Assembly: GCA_045638885.1 (NCBI GenBank) | Contig: JAZUBY010000067.1 | Coordinates: forward strand, 663 to 64,662 | Length of the DNA stretch: 64,000 bases | Direction: 5' to 3' | From: Emergencia sp. | Lineage (GTDB): Bacteria; Bacillota; Clostridia; Peptostreptococcales; Anaerovoracaceae | Shown: piece by piece, positions 9,163-22,690 of the stretch | Position numbering within the stretch: the first letter of the stretch is position 1 | Layout of the letters: each line of letters opens with the position of its first letter | Position numbers and translations under genes: made by a program | Notes under the pieces: model-generated | What the model was told of the DNA's origin: nothing | Seen by the model: only the letters and a program-made list of their open reading frames with translations | Databases searched by the model: none

Positions 9163-10533
9163 TTAACCCAAATACTTTTCGATGTATTTATCCTTGATTC
9201 TCTTCAGTTCGCTCTTTGGCAGCAGCTTCAGCAGCGACCAGCCAAGGTCCAGTGTTTCTTCGATAGTTCTGTCAGTTTCGTAACCCTGGGATACGTACTG
9301 TTTTTCGAATTCCTGGCTGAACTTCGCGTACATCAGGTCAACTTCTGTCAGCGCCGCTTCCCCTAAGATGGTCATCAGTTCCAGACATTCCTTACCACGT
9401 GCATAAGCTGCGAACAGCTGGTTCATAGTATCTGCATGGTCTTCACGAGTCTTGCCTTCGCCGATACCCTTATCCTTCAGACGGGACAGGGATGGCAATA
9501 CATCGATTGGTGGTTTCAGACCCTTACGATACAGTTCACGGGATAAGATAATCTGACCTTCTGTGATATATCCTGTTAAGTCAGGAATTGGATGTGTCTT
9601 ATCGTCTTCTGGCATTGTCAGGATTGGAATCATTGTGATAGAACCTGGCATGTCTCTCTTTCTGCCGGCTCTTTCATACATTGTAGCCAGGTCAGTGTAC
9701 AGATAGCCTGGGTAACCACGACGACCAGGTACTTCCTTACGTGCTGCAGATACTTCACGCAGAGCTTCTGCGTAGTTTGTAATATCTGTTAAGATAACCA
9801 GCACGTGCATACCTAAGTCGAATGCCAGATATTCTGCTGCAGTCAGTGCCATACCCGGTGTCGCGATACGTTCTACTGCAGGGTCGTTTGCCAAGTTCAT
9901 GAACATAACGGTTCTGTCAATGGCACCTGTTCTACGGAAGTCAGATGCGAAGAAATCAGCTTCTTCGTGTGTGATACCGATAGCTGCAAATACTACCGCA
10001 AAGTTACCGGCATCATCGCCGCGAACCTTCGCCTGTCTTGCAATCTGCGCAGCCAGGTTTGCGTGCGGCATACCGGAACCGGAGAAGATTGGCAGCTTCT
10101 GACCTCTAACCAGTGTGTTCAGACCGTCGATAGCGGAAACACCAGTCTGGATAAATTCTGCAGGATAGTCACGAGCTGCAGGGTTCATAGCCAGGCCATT
10201 GATGTCTAACTTCTTTTCCGGAATGATTTCAGGACCGCCGTCAGCAGGTCTGCCCATACCGTCAAATACTCTACCCAGCATTTCCGGGGATACAGCTAAC
10301 TGTGTACCGTGGCCCAGGAATCTTACTGCACTATCTTTCAGGTTGATGCCGGCAGCGCCTTCAAACAGCTGCACCATTGCATCATTACCGTTAATTTCTA
10401 ATACTTTGCAAAGTCTCTTTTCACCGTTTGGTAAAATGATTTCGCCCAGTTCGTCATAAGTTACATTTTCAACACTCTTAACCAGCATCAAAGGTCCTGC
10501 AACTTCTGATATTGTCTTATATTCTTTAATCAT
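9163..10533 (-). CDS. ntpB: V/A-type ATPase subunit B
   Basis: [42 protein letters not shown]. Confidence 0.97.
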   Translation of the reverse strand: MIKEYKTISEVAGPLMLVKSVENVTYDELGEIILPNGEKRLCKVLEINGNDAMVQLFEGAAGINLKDSAVRFLGHGTQLAVSPEMLGRVFDGMGRPADGGPEIIPEKKLDINGLAMNPAARDYPAEFIQTGVSAIDGLNTLVRGQKLPIFSGSGMPHANLAAQIARQAKVRGDDAGNFAVVFAAIGITHEEADFFASDFRRTGAIDRTVMFMNLANDPAVERIATPGMALTAAEYLAFDLGMHVLVILTDITNYAEALREVSAARKEVPGRRGYPGYLYTDLATMYERAGRKRDMPGSITMIPILTMPEDDKTHPIPDLTGYITEGQIILSRELYRKGLKPPIDVLPSLSRLKDKGIGEGKTREDHADTMNQLFAAYARGKECLELMTILGEAALTEVDLMYAKFSQEFEKQYVSQGYETDRTIEETLDLGWSLLKLLPKSELKRIKDKYIEKYLG

Positions 10534-12304
10534 CGTTTTCAGCCCCCTTACTGATCAGGTCAGCAGCCTCAGCCTGAAGCTGTGCCATTGTTTCTTCAAA
10601 CGCTGTATCAACAGATGCTTCTTCAATGTACTTGAATCTGCCGATGACTTCACGAACCGGCATGGAAACCAGACCGTTCAGTGGAGCACCCTTGGCGATT
10701 GCATCCTTTGCTACTTCATAGTATGCCAGAATCAGCTGCAGCATCTTGTACTGCTTGTTCATGGAAGCGTAAGTATCTACATCGTGGAACGCATTCTGGT
10801 GCAGATAGTCTTCACGGATGGACTTGGCAGCTTCCAGCTTGATTCTGTCATCATGAGATAATGCGTCAACACCAACCAGCTGTACGATTTCGTTCAGTTC
10901 TGCTTCTTCCTGAAGCAGTACCATCGCATCTGCACGAAGCTGTGGGAAGTCAGCCGCAACATTTTCTTCGTACCACTTTGTCAGACGATCTAAGTACAGA
11001 GAGTAACTCTGCAGCCAGTTGATCGCTGGGAAGTGTCTCTTATAAGCCAGGGAGGAATCCAGACACCAGAATACCTTTACGATACGTAATGTAGCCTGGG
11101 ATACTGGTTCAGAAATATCCCCACCTGGTGGAGATACGGCACCGATTGCAGATAATGCACCTACACGGCCTTCCTTACCCAGAGAAATGGTTCTTCCAGC
11201 TCTTTCATAGAACTGTGCCAGTCTGGAACCTAAGTAAGCAGGGTAACCTTCTTCACCTGGCATTTCTTCCAGACGACCGGACATTTCACGAAGGGCTTCT
11301 GCCCATCTGGATGTGGAGTCAGCCATCAGGGCTACGGAGTAACCCATGTCTCTGAAGTATTCTGCAATCGTAATACCTGTATAAATAGACGCTTCACGAG
11401 CCGCTACCGGCATGTCGGAAGTGTTTGCAATCAGAACAGTTCTCTTCATCAGGGATTCGCCGGAACGAGGGTCCTTCAGTTCTGGGAATTCCATCAGTAC
11501 GTCTGTCATTTCGTTACCACGTTCACCGCAGCCGATATATACTACGATATCAGCGTCTGCCCATTTTGCCAGCTGATGCTGTACAACAGTCTTACCGGAA
11601 CCGAAAGGTCCTGGAACTGCAGCCACACCACCCTTAGCAATTGGGAACATAGTATCGATAACACGCTGGCCTGTAACCAGAGGCATCTCAGGAACCAGCT
11701 TTTCTTTGTATGGTCTGCCACGACGAACCGGCCACTTCTGCATCATAGTCAATTCAGCTAAAGAGCCATCTGCCTTACGAACGGTACATACCACTTCGTC
11801 TACAGTGAATTCGCCGCCTGTGATGGATTCGATGACACCGGCTACACCGTAAGGAACCATGATTCTCTGTTCAACGATAACAGTTTCCTGTACAGTACCG
11901 ATGATATCGCCAGCTTCAACTTCGTCGCCAACCTTAGCTACAGGAACGAATTCCCATTTCTTTTCACGATCTAAAGAAGGAACTTTGATCCCTCTTTCGA
12001 TATTGGAACCGGACATCGCACGCATTGCTTCCAGCGGTCTCTGAATACCATCGTACATAGTTTCAATCAGACCAGGGCCCAGTTCTACGGACAGCTGTGC
12101 GCCTGTTGTTTCAACTGGTGCGCCAGGTCCTAAACCTGCAGTTTCTTCATATACCTGAATGGAGGCCATGTCGCCTCTCATTTCAATGATTTCGCCAATC
12201 AGACCAAGATCACCTACACGTACAACGTCGAACATATCCGCATGTTCCATGCCGGATGCAACGACCAGTGGTCCTGATACTTTAACGATTTTTCCTTGAC
12301 TCAT
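10526..12304 (-). CDS. ntpA: V/A-type ATPase catalytic subunit A
   Basis: P-loop [30 protein letters not shown]. Confidence 0.97.
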   Translation of the reverse strand: MSQGKIVKVSGPLVVASGMEHADMFDVVRVGDLGLIGEIIEMRGDMASIQVYEETAGLGPGAPVETTGAQLSVELGPGLIETMYDGIQRPLEAMRAMSGSNIERGIKVPSLDREKKWEFVPVAKVGDEVEAGDIIGTVQETVIVEQRIMVPYGVAGVIESITGGEFTVDEVVCTVRKADGSLAELTMMQKWPVRRGRPYKEKLVPEMPLVTGQRVIDTMFPIAKGGVAAVPGPFGSGKTVVQHQLAKWADADIVVYIGCGERGNEMTDVLMEFPELKDPRSGESLMKRTVLIANTSDMPVAAREASIYTGITIAEYFRDMGYSVALMADSTSRWAEALREMSGRLEEMPGEEGYPAYLGSRLAQFYERAGRTISLGKEGRVGALSAIGAVSPPGGDISEPVSQATLRIVKVFWCLDSSLAYKRHFPAINWLQSYSLYLDRLTKWYEENVAADFPQLRADAMVLLQEEAELNEIVQLVGVDALSHDDRIKLEAAKSIREDYLHQNAFHDVDTYASMNKQYKMLQLILAYYEVAKDAIAKGAPLNGLVSMPVREVIGRFKYIEEASVDTAFEETMAQLQAEAADLISKGAENDD

Positions 12305-12628
12305 TTATTTTCCACCTCCAAATAGGATGTCTGCCCCAACAGCTCTTTCTACGGCCTTACTTACGTTTCTCATGCCGCTGCCGGATGGGCCTTCTTTACC
12401 GGGGATTGCAATAATCGCCGGGATTCTTTCATCTTTGTATTTGTCTATTTCTTCGCTGATCTGTTCAGCTAAAACTTCTGTTACATAAATGATAGCAAAA
12501 TCTTCTTTTCCGATTTTTCTCAGAATTTTCCTTGCTTCATCGGCTTGGTCACAGGTAAACACCTCCAGGCCTACTGCCTTAAAGCCAAGGACACTTTCTC
12601 TATCACCGATAATGCCGATTCTATACAT
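12305..12628 (-). CDS. V/A-type ATPase subunit F
   Basis: IGIIGDRESVLGFKAVG, VERAVGADI; operon position. Confidence 0.92.
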   Translation of the reverse strand: MYRIGIIGDRESVLGFKAVGLEVFTCDQADEARKILRKIGKEDFAIIYVTEVLAEQISEEIDKYKDERIPAIIAIPGKEGPSGSGMRNVSKAVERAVGADILFGGGK

Positions 12629-13628
12629 AAGCTTCCCTCAGTCTTTCTTTCAGTGTTTCCTCTGGGATACCGACCAGTTTTCCGGTCAGGACCATACGCA
12701 GATTCTTCAGTTCCATTTCTTTTGCCACATAAAATGCTGCAATTGGCTCGATGCCTGCTGTGATAAACTGTGCACCTTTTGCGTATCTGACTTTCAGATT
12801 ATCGCAAAGCTTTTCCATCAAGGCAAAGCTGCCCTTTTCTACTGCTGCACTGCCACCCAGGCCTGCCGCCTCACCGAATCCGTACAGATCCAGTTTCTCG
12901 CCAATCTGCTGATAGCTTTCGCCATACAGTTCCATCAAAGTCGTCAGGTCAATTCTGCCGCCTTCTAAGAATACCTTCGCTAAGAATTCTACAGGTTTTC
13001 CAATCTGCTTCACTCTTACAAAAGTCTGTACGTTCAAGATATCAATCAAAAGCTTCACATAGCCGGTAACAAATTCGTTATCAGCAGCTTCAGCTTCTGC
13101 AAGCATTTCTTTATAGCAGGCTTTGTCTAACAGAACGTCGATTTCCTGCGGGTCTCTGCTCTTGCCATATGCTTCTACGGCTTCCAAAATGCTGTCACGA
13201 AGGAATGGTGGTGTAAACAGGAAGTTTCTTTCCTTTACCATCACTGCCAGTTCTCCGCCAGCCACTCTGCCGCCTTCCATCAGGTAGTCTGCCGGGTCTG
13301 TACCCAGCGCTTCTGCCTTCAGAATGACCTTTGCATTATGGTAGTCGATTGGGAACTGTAAGAATGCCAGCTCCTCTCTTTCTGGAATGACCCCCAGTAC
13401 CAGTTCTGCCACACGCTGCTGTTCTGCAGCCAGCACTGCTTCAAAATCTCTTGGATTTGCCAGCTCTTTGCCGTCGCCATAACCGAACTCATGAAGAATG
13501 GTCATGGCAGCCTGCATGGAGCCTGCGTCTGCAACTCTATTTAAGTCCGAAGCCGAAAGCAGTGTCAGTTCGTTTCCTCTGATCACTGCACAAGGATATT
13601 GGTACTCATTACTTCTATGCTTTCCCAT
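12621..13628 (-). CDS. ntpC: V/A-type ATPase subunit C
   Basis: DYHNAKVILK, KEMELKNLRMVLTGK, KERLREAYV; operon position. Confidence 0.9.
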   Translation of the reverse strand: MGKHRSNEYQYPCAVIRGNELTLLSASDLNRVADAGSMQAAMTILHEFGYGDGKELANPRDFEAVLAAEQQRVAELVLGVIPEREELAFLQFPIDYHNAKVILKAEALGTDPADYLMEGGRVAGGELAVMVKERNFLFTPPFLRDSILEAVEAYGKSRDPQEIDVLLDKACYKEMLAEAEAADNEFVTGYVKLLIDILNVQTFVRVKQIGKPVEFLAKVFLEGGRIDLTTLMELYGESYQQIGEKLDLYGFGEAAGLGGSAAVEKGSFALMEKLCDNLKVRYAKGAQFITAGIEPIAAFYVAKEMELKNLRMVLTGKLVGIPEETLKERLREAYV

Positions 13629-13640
13629 AGATCCATCTCC

Positions 13641-14219
13641 TTACTCAAAGAGTTTTCCTGCAATTTCACTGTTCATTTCTTCCTGGTGCATTGCAACCAG
13701 TGCTTCTACAGTGTTATTGATATATACTTTACCTGCCTGCAGAACGAAACCGCCAGCCATGGTTCTGGTTTCTTCTGCCACAGTAAATGTTCCGCCTACC
13801 GCTTCTGCCAGTTTTTCACAAACCTTCGCACCGACCGCTGCCTTATCTCTTTCGTTAAAGATCAAAGCGCCTTCTTTTTCGCCAGTTGCCTTCCCCAGAC
13901 CAACCAGGAAGTCCACATATTCAACTTCCGGAAGTTGACCCAGTTCTGCCACTGCCTGTGCAAAGCAGTTTTCAAGCAGTTCCTGCTTCTGTCTTAACAC
14001 CAGTTTTCTGCAGTCAATCGCTGCAACAGAACCGTGTCTTTCAATCAAAGTTTCTTTCATCTGCTGGCCGCGTGCAGTTTCAGACGCAACAAAGGCATCC
14101 GCTTCGCTGCGGGCAGCCGCCAGAATTTCATCCGCTTTTGCATTTGCTTCGGCAAGAACAGCTTTTTTCTTTTCTTCTGCATCTCCAACAATCTTGGAGG
14201 TTATCTTTTCAATACTCAT
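13641..14219 (-). CDS. ntpE: V/A-type ATPase subunit E
   Basis: Coiled-coil N-terminus, GGFVL...INNT C-terminal domain; operon position. Confidence 0.88.
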   Translation of the reverse strand: MSIEKITSKIVGDAEEKKKAVLAEANAKADEILAAARSEADAFVASETARGQQMKETLIERHGSVAAIDCRKLVLRQKQELLENCFAQAVAELGQLPEVEYVDFLVGLGKATGEKEGALIFNERDKAAVGAKVCEKLAEAVGGTFTVAEETRTMAGGFVLQAGKVYINNTVEALVAMHQEEMNSEIAGKLFE

Positions 14220-14261
14220 CGCTTTCCGCCTTTCCGATCAAAGTTTTCAGTTACGTAAATT

Positions 14262-16730
<2,469 letters not shown>

Positions 16731-16741
<11 letters not shown>

Positions 16742-17057
16742 TTGACTTCACCCTTTCCACTATGAATTTCACGATTTCCGGTTGTCTATCTTTTATTACG
16801 TCTGCTAACTCTGCACACTGCTTTTCTGCTGCCGTGATAGTTGCATCATACTCTGCCTGTGCTATTTCCTGTCCTTCTGCCATCAAAGCATCTACTTTGT
16901 CTTTGGCCAGGAACTTCGCGTCTGCAATAATCTGACGTGCCTGGGATTCCGCTTCAGCCACCAGGCTTTCAGCTTCGGTTTTGGCACTTTTCTGAAGTTC
17001 TTCAGCATACGTTTCGCTCTCTTTAATCTTCATTAATTCTTCTGCGAACACTGACAC
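16731..17057 (-). CDS. V/A-type ATPase peripheral stalk subunit (H/G-like)
   Basis: 108-aa Ala/Glu-rich coiled coil, first gene of the operon. Confidence 0.75.
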
Positions 17058-17208
17058 TTCACCTCCCCCTAAAAAAGATACAAATTTCGCTTAATACTAC
17101 TATACCACAAAAAACGCAAGAAGTAACTGTGAAAATGCACAAATTTTCTGAAATTTTGTACTTTTTCGTAAACTTTCTATACTTATCCCCTTCTTTGTCT
17201 AATTATGC

Positions 17209-17240
17209 AAAAGGGATGGCGCCAAATGGCACCATCCCTA
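17209..17240 (-). terminator. terminator after whiA
   Basis: AGGGATGG-GCCA...TGGC-CCATCCCT hairpin with a U-tract on the minus strand. Confidence 0.7.
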
Positions 17241-17255
17241 GTTTTACATGTTTAT

Positions 17256-18203
17256 TTATAATTTATTTGCGATTTCTTCAATTTTTCTCAGTCGATTATT
17301 AATACCGGATTTCTTCATTGGCGGATCCATCATTTCCCCAAGCTGGGTCAGGCTCGCCTCCGGATATTCCAGTCTCAGTTCCGCCGCTGCACGAAGCTTC
17401 GGCGGCAGAGAATCCAAACCAACTGCCTCCTGAATTTTTCGAATGTTTTCGATCTGATGCTGTGACGCATCCAGCGTTCTGTCGGTATTTGCACTGTCAC
17501 AATTGGTCAGACGTACGGTTTCGTTCAGCAGCTCTTTCTTCAGACGTACGTTTTCAAACTCCAAACGCTGACTGTCTGCTCCCATCAAAGATAAGGTATC
17601 ACAAATATACTCTGAGCTCTTCATGTAGACAATATGTTTATCTTTACGCTTTACAGTCTTTACATTTAAATCCACAAAGGAATTCATCATCTTCTTTAAA
17701 TCCCCAGCCAGGTTTTTGCTGGCACAAACGATTTCCAGATGATAGCCTTTGTTTGGATCTGTCATCGTACCTGCCCCCATGAACACGCCACGCAGATAGG
17801 CTTTTTTACAGCACTTGGATCGAATCAGGTCTCCGTAAATACCATCAGAGATGTAGTTATTCCCTTCTCGAACCAGCAGAATCCCTACTTCACGAAGCAC
17901 CTGCTCGCCTTTTTCTTTGCCGATACTGATAATATAGGAGTGGCCTTTCTTCGGACCGTGAGCTTCCCCAATTTCAATTTCCGTTTCTACTTTAAAATAC
18001 TCTTCCAGCATTCGCTTGTAGTGACGGGCAACGGCCGGATTATCGGTGGCCATAGAAATGGTAAACTTGCTGCCCCCTGGTGCAAAGGTCATCCCTAAGG
18101 AGCCTGCCACACGGACAAAGCCGGCAATTTCCGCCAGCTGACAACATTTTTTCTCCGTTACGCCACGGGCTAATTCATTTTTCGTTTCAGTTGCAAATGA
18201 CAT
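17256..18203 (-). CDS. whiA: DNA-binding protein WhiA
   Basis: MSFATETKNEL, AYLRGVFMGAG, YHLE, RLTNCDSAN, KSGINNRLRKI. Confidence 0.95.
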   Translation of the reverse strand: MSFATETKNELARGVTEKKCCQLAEIAGFVRVAGSLGMTFAPGGSKFTISMATDNPAVARHYKRMLEEYFKVETEIEIGEAHGPKKGHSYIISIGKEKGEQVLREVGILLVREGNNYISDGIYGDLIRSKCCKKAYLRGVFMGAGTMTDPNKGYHLEIVCASKNLAGDLKKMMNSFVDLNVKTVKRKDKHIVYMKSSEYICDTLSLMGADSQRLEFENVRLKKELLNETVRLTNCDSANTDRTLDASQHQIENIRKIQEAVGLDSLPPKLRAAAELRLEYPEASLTQLGEMMDPPMKKSGINNRLRKIEEIANKL

Positions 18204-18219
18204 CTATTTTTTCTCCTTG

Positions 18220-19710
18220 TTAGAAACACTTTTCTAATACGTCTGCATCCAGGCCGTCTTTGCAGGTCATCTTACCTACTACAAAGTATGTAATACCTCC
18301 CAGCAGCAGCCCCCAGACAACAGAGTTGATACCCCATACCGTCAGCTTAAACTGGTAGCTGATGACATAAACCATTACCCCCAGTAGAGAGGATGCAATG
18401 GCAGCCTGCTTGTTACCTTTTTTGTAGAATACACCGCCTACAATCGGCCAGAAGAAGCAGCATTCCAATCCACCCATAGCAAACAGATTTACCCAGAAGA
18501 TGATATCCGGCGGTGTCAGGGTCAGGATAAACACCAGTACCCCAATCAGCAGTGTTACAGCAAAACTGGATGTAGAAATATTCTTCTGGAATTTCGCCTT
18601 CTTCGCCGGGTCGTCTTTGACGATGTAATTACCCCATAGGTCTTTCACAATGGATGCGGAAGCCAGAATCAGCAGGGATGATACAGTGGACATTACCGCT
18701 GCCATCGGCGCTGCCAGGAAAATACCTGCAACGCTGGCTGGCATAATCTGCTGAATCACAGCCGGGATAACATAGTCAGAAGAAGCAAACTCCTGACCGC
18801 CAATCAAAGCACCTGCCCATGCGCCGCCTACGTGCATACCTATCATTAATACGCCGGCAGCAATGGTGCCAATCAGCATAGCAGAATGAAGGCTCTTGGT
18901 GTCTTTGAAGCCCATGCCTCTTACCGCAGTCTGCGGCAGACCGATAACCCCTACGCCTACCAGAACCCAGAAGGACAACAGTCCGCCAGGTGTGTAACCG
19001 GTTCCTGTCAGGGTATCCCATCCAGGCAGGTTTGCATCCAGAGCTACAGCCATGGCATCAAAGTCCCCAACGTTTTTCAGAATAAAGAACAGGAACAGGA
19101 ACGTACCGAAGAGCATGATAATACCCTGCAGCGTATCCGTAATCACCACGGCAGAAAAACCGCCGAACGCAGTATAGAGAATGACCACGCTGGCAAAAAT
19201 CGCCAGGGACAGCCAGTAAGGCAGTCCTGTCATAGATTCAATCAGTGTTGCACCACCCATAAACTGGGCAATCATCTGGGTTACAAAGAACACCAGCATT
19301 AAAACGGTAGTCACGATAACTAAGGCATCAGACTTATATCTTGCTTTCAGATATCCTGCGATGGTTACTGCACCGGTTTTTCTGGAAACCACAGCAAACT
19401 TCTTGCCTAAAATACCTAATACAAGAAAGGCTGCACCAACCTGTACACCGGCAACCCATGCCTGGCTGAAGCCATAAGTCATGGCAGCCGCACCAGGACC
19501 GGAAATAAAGGAACTTACGCTGGCATAAGTAGCAACCGTCGTCATTGCGAGGACAATGCCGTTCATGCCACGGGATCCCATGAAATATTTCTTATCAAAG
19601 CTCATCTGGCTGAGGCGTTCCTGTCTTTTACTATAGATTACGCCTAAAGCTGCATTGGCAATCAGGTACACAACCATGATGACTAACATGGTAATCTGGT
19701 TATTTGTCAC
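18220..19710 (-). CDS. panF: sodium/pantothenate symporter (SSS family)
   Basis: YFMGSRGM, ATYASVSSFISGPG, GGFSAVVITD, AAVMSTVSSLL; paired with a YhdT-like gene; GTG start at 19710 inferred. Confidence 0.8.
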   Translation of the reverse strand: MTNNQITMLVIMVVYLIANAALGVIYSKRQERLSQMSFDKKYFMGSRGMNGIVLAMTTVATYASVSSFISGPGAAAMTYGFSQAWVAGVQVGAAFLVLGILGKKFAVVSRKTGAVTIAGYLKARYKSDALVIVTTVLMLVFFVTQMIAQFMGGATLIESMTGLPYWLSLAIFASVVILYTAFGGFSAVVITDTLQGIIMLFGTFLFLFFILKNVGDFDAMAVALDANLPGWDTLTGTGYTPGGLLSFWVLVGVGVIGLPQTAVRGMGFKDTKSLHSAMLIGTIAAGVLMIGMHVGGAWAGALIGGQEFASSDYVIPAVIQQIMPASVAGIFLAAPMAAVMSTVSSLLILASASIVKDLWGNYIVKDDPAKKAKFQKNISTSSFAVTLLIGVLVFILTLTPPDIIFWVNLFAMGGLECCFFWPIVGGVFYKKGNKQAAIASSLLGVMVYVISYQFKLTVWGINSVVWGLLLGGITYFVVGKMTCKDGLDADVLEKCF

Positions 19711-19993
19711 AGGACTCACCACCTTCCTCATCGCCAGCTTCTTCGCCTAAATCAAAATTCACAAAAACAAATTTCAGTAGCAGGACAACGCCAACTACAG
19801 AAATAGCAAAAGCGCCAATTGTGCTGACAAAAAACCACAAAGGCATGCCCAGGACCATCACATCGATACCGTCTAGTGCAAAGGCAAATCCAATATGCCA
19901 TGCCGCTACCAGCAGAATCAGCAGAAACGTCCATTTGATTTCTTTCAGCATCTGCTTATGCTTTTCTTCATCGGTTAAAAATTTCAATACCAT
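19700..19993 (-). CDS. YhdT/DUF997-like small membrane protein
   Basis: Two TM helices, GMPLWFFVS; overlaps the panF start as in yhdT-panF. Confidence 0.75.
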   Translation of the reverse strand: MVLKFLTDEEKHKQMLKEIKWTFLLILLVAAWHIGFAFALDGIDVMVLGMPLWFFVSTIGAFAISVVGVVLLLKFVFVNFDLGEEAGDEEGGESCDK

Positions 19994-20078
19994 TCCCTCC
20001 TTATGGATATAGTTTGATAGATATAACTTAACACTTTATTATACCTCATTTCCTTCCCTTCGTCCACGAAAACCCACG

Positions 20079-20108
20079 AAAAAAGAGACATCCAAAGGAT
20101 GTCTCTCT
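20079..20108 (-). terminator. terminator after kce
   Basis: AGAGACATCC-aaa-GGATGTCTCT hairpin with a U-tract on the minus strand. Confidence 0.8.
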
Positions 20109-20132
20109 TAAAACTCATATTATGTAATTGAA

Positions 20133-20963
20133 TTACTTCAGTGGAGCTAAGCCTAAGATTTCTCTTGCTTCAGCTGGAGTAGCGATTTCTCTACCCATGA
20201 TGTTAGCTAACTTAACAACCTTTTCAACTAATTCGCCGTTGGACTTAGCTAAAACGCCCTTTTCTAAGTATACTGTATCTTCGAAACCTACTCTTACGTG
20301 ACCGCCCATTGCGATTGTAGCAGCAGCGATTGTCCAAGTGTTTCTACCGATACCAGTAGCTGTCCAAGTGGAACCTTCTGGGATGGAGTCAACCATGAAT
20401 GCTAAGTCTCTAACTGTAGCGTTCATCTGTACGCCTAATACGAAGTCCCAGTGGATTGGCTTTGGCAGGTAACCCTTCTTGTGTGCAGTCTTCATAGCCA
20501 GGTCGATCATACCCTTATCGAATACTTCACATTCAGGCTTGATGCCTCTTTCCTGCATGATCTTAGCGAAGTTGATGATAGTGTTGTCGGAGTTAACGAA
20601 GATTTCGTCGCCACCGAAGTTGCAAGTACCGCAGTCTAAAGTAGCCATTTCTGGTGTAGGAACGATTTCTGTAGAAGCTAATCTTTCTAAGTCAGTCATG
20701 CCAACTGCACCGCCTGTGGAAGGCTGGATGATTGCATCTGGACATACCTTTCTAATAGCGTCAACACATTCCTGGAATCTAGCAGTGTCCTGAGTAGGAG
20801 TACCGTCATCCCATCTTACATGTAAGTGGATTAAAGCAGCACCTGCATCATAAGCAGACTTTGCTTCTCTAGCGATTTCTTCTACAGTGTAAGGAACTGC
20901 AGGGTTGTTTTCTTTAGTTACTTCTGCGCCGCAAATACAAGCACTGATAATTAATTTGTCCAT
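20133..20963 (-). CDS. kce: 3-keto-5-aminohexanoate cleavage enzyme (BKACE/DUF849)
   Basis: GAE, IHLHVR metal ligands, QPSTGGA, LDCGTCNFG, HVRVGFED. Confidence 0.9.
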   Translation of the reverse strand: MDKLIISACICGAEVTKENNPAVPYTVEEIAREAKSAYDAGAALIHLHVRWDDGTPTQDTARFQECVDAIRKVCPDAIIQPSTGGAVGMTDLERLASTEIVPTPEMATLDCGTCNFGGDEIFVNSDNTIINFAKIMQERGIKPECEVFDKGMIDLAMKTAHKKGYLPKPIHWDFVLGVQMNATVRDLAFMVDSIPEGSTWTATGIGRNTWTIAAATIAMGGHVRVGFEDTVYLEKGVLAKSNGELVEKVVKLANIMGREIATPAEAREILGLAPLK

Positions 20964-21082
20964 TGGTCTATCTCCTCTTTTTCTTATAAAAAATTATTAC
21001 GTTTCATGCGTACCTTCGGGCACGCCGTGCCCTTCAGCACCACTTATATTATAACATACCTACTTGGAAAGTCCAGTATGTT

Positions 21083-21943
21083 TTATAAGTCTCTGTGTTT
21101 CAAAGTAACACGATAGCCCTCTTCTTCGAAGACTTTTGCCATATGGCGTGCCATGGAAACACTGCGATGCTGACCCCCTGTGCATCCGAAGGCGATATTC
21201 AGATGATACTTACCTTCTTTGATGTATTTCGGTATCATCATTTCCAGCATCTGATGAAGCTGCTCTGCAAATTCCTTTGCAATATCCTGCTTCATAACAT
21301 ACTGAAATACTTTTTTATTATTGCCTGTCAGTTTTTTCAGGCTTGGTACATAATATGGGTTTGGAATGAATCTCATGTCAAAAACCAAATCTGTTTCCAT
21401 AGGAATTCCATGCTTGTATCCAAAAGAAGTGACGTTGACAGCAAAGCTGCTTTCCGGTTCATTTCCGATGAACAGCTTTTCCATCTCCATATTGAACCCT
21501 GCCACTTTCAGCTTTGTTGTATCGATGATATAGTCAGCACGTTCTCTCAGGACGGAAAGACGTTCCTTTTCCTGTTCAATAACTTCTCTGGAAGTAGAGC
21601 CTTCAGAAAGGGGATGATTTCTTCTGGTTTCGCTGTATCTTTTGATCAAAGTCTGCACAGAGGCTTCAATAAACAGAATTTTGCAATTCACAGTTTCAAT
21701 TTTCTGCAAATCATCCAGGCACTCATGAAGATCATCAAAGAACTCCCCGCCGCGGACATCGACAACAAATGCCGCTTTCTTAATTCGTTTGTTAGAAGAC
21801 ATTGTCAAATCGATAAAGTTTTTGATCAGCATCGGCGGCATATTGTCAACGCAATAATAGCCCTGATCTTCAAACCAGTCTGCTGCCTTGGTTTTCCCCG
21901 CACCGGAAAGTCCGGTAACGATTACCACATTCATCTTCTCCAT
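21083..21943 (-). CDS. rapZ: RNase adapter RapZ/YvcJ
   Basis: GLSGAGKT, DVRG, TRRNHPL, SFGYKHG, GCTGGQHRSV. Confidence 0.95.
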   Translation of the reverse strand: MEKMNVVIVTGLSGAGKTKAADWFEDQGYYCVDNMPPMLIKNFIDLTMSSNKRIKKAAFVVDVRGGEFFDDLHECLDDLQKIETVNCKILFIEASVQTLIKRYSETRRNHPLSEGSTSREVIEQEKERLSVLRERADYIIDTTKLKVAGFNMEMEKLFIGNEPESSFAVNVTSFGYKHGIPMETDLVFDMRFIPNPYYVPSLKKLTGNNKKVFQYVMKQDIAKEFAEQLHQMLEMMIPKYIKEGKYHLNIAFGCTGGQHRSVSMARHMAKVFEEEGYRVTLKHRDL

Positions 21944-21946
21944 ATC

Positions 21947-22690
21947 CTATTTCACCTCAATATTTACAATCCTGTTCAGATCAATACCGGCTTCTATCGC
22001 ACGTTTGATGCCTCCCTCAAAACTACCTACACGTTCTGGAGAATGGGCATCACTGCTAATAATGAACTTAACATCTTCTGTTGCCGCAATCTTAATTTCT
22101 TCTGTCGTTAAGTGGCTGTGCCATGTGCTGATTTCCATCCAAGTATCGGTTGCCGCACAGGCTTTTGCGATTTCTTTGATATCGAATCGGCCTTTGTCTC
22201 CCGGATGTGTTAAAAATTTCAAATCATTCTCATAGATTGCCTTCACTGTCATATCGGTGTTCTTTACCAAAAGAGACCTTCCTACAGATGTCGGCGCCAT
22301 CTTGTGAGCATCCAGCCAGTTTCCTACGCAGTAACCTTTGGTAATTCCATAATGATATCCGCCAATGATAAAGTCAAACCAGTCTTTTTCTTCTTCGGAT
22401 ACATCTAAATAATTCCCTGCAGAAACAATGTTTGCCTCTACGCTGAGGAAGATTTCTACATCCGGATAGATTGGCTTCAGCCTTTCAATCTCCCGACGCA
22501 TCACCGCAAAATCTTTTCGTTTTACGCCATAAGTCAGATGACCCGGTCCGTGATCAGAAATAGCAATCGCCTTCAGTCCTTTCGCCGCAGCTTCTCTCAC
22601 GTTATCCTCGATAGAGCCCTTCCCGTGGGAAAAGGTTGTATGTGTATGATAATCAAAGGTCATCTTGTACTGATCAAAATTATTCACCAA
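21947..22690 (-). CDS. PHP-domain phosphatase
   Basis: DYHTHT, ISDH, THP, SDAH metal motifs. Confidence 0.9.
   Translation of the reverse strand: MVNNFDQYKMTFDYHTHTTFSHGKGSIEDNVREAAAKGLKAIAISDHGPGHLTYGVKRKDFAVMRREIERLKPIYPDVEIFLSVEANIVSAGNYLDVSEEEKDWFDFIIGGYHYGITKGYCVGNWLDAHKMAPTSVGRSLLVKNTDMTVKAIYENDLKFLTHPGDKGRFDIKEIAKACAATDTWMEISTWHSHLTTEEIKIAATEDVKFIISSDAHSPERVGSFEGGIKRAIEAGIDLNRIVNIEVK

Noticed and set aside
20964-21082. lysine riboswitch upstream of kce
   Set aside because: The gap is too short and has only one clear GC hairpin (GGGCACG/CGTGCCC).
21095-22111. long plus-strand ORFs such as 21095-22111, 28955-29794, 37075-37938, 42091-42882 and 57591-58412
   Set aside because: Antisense shadows of well-supported minus-strand genes, with no recognisable protein motifs.
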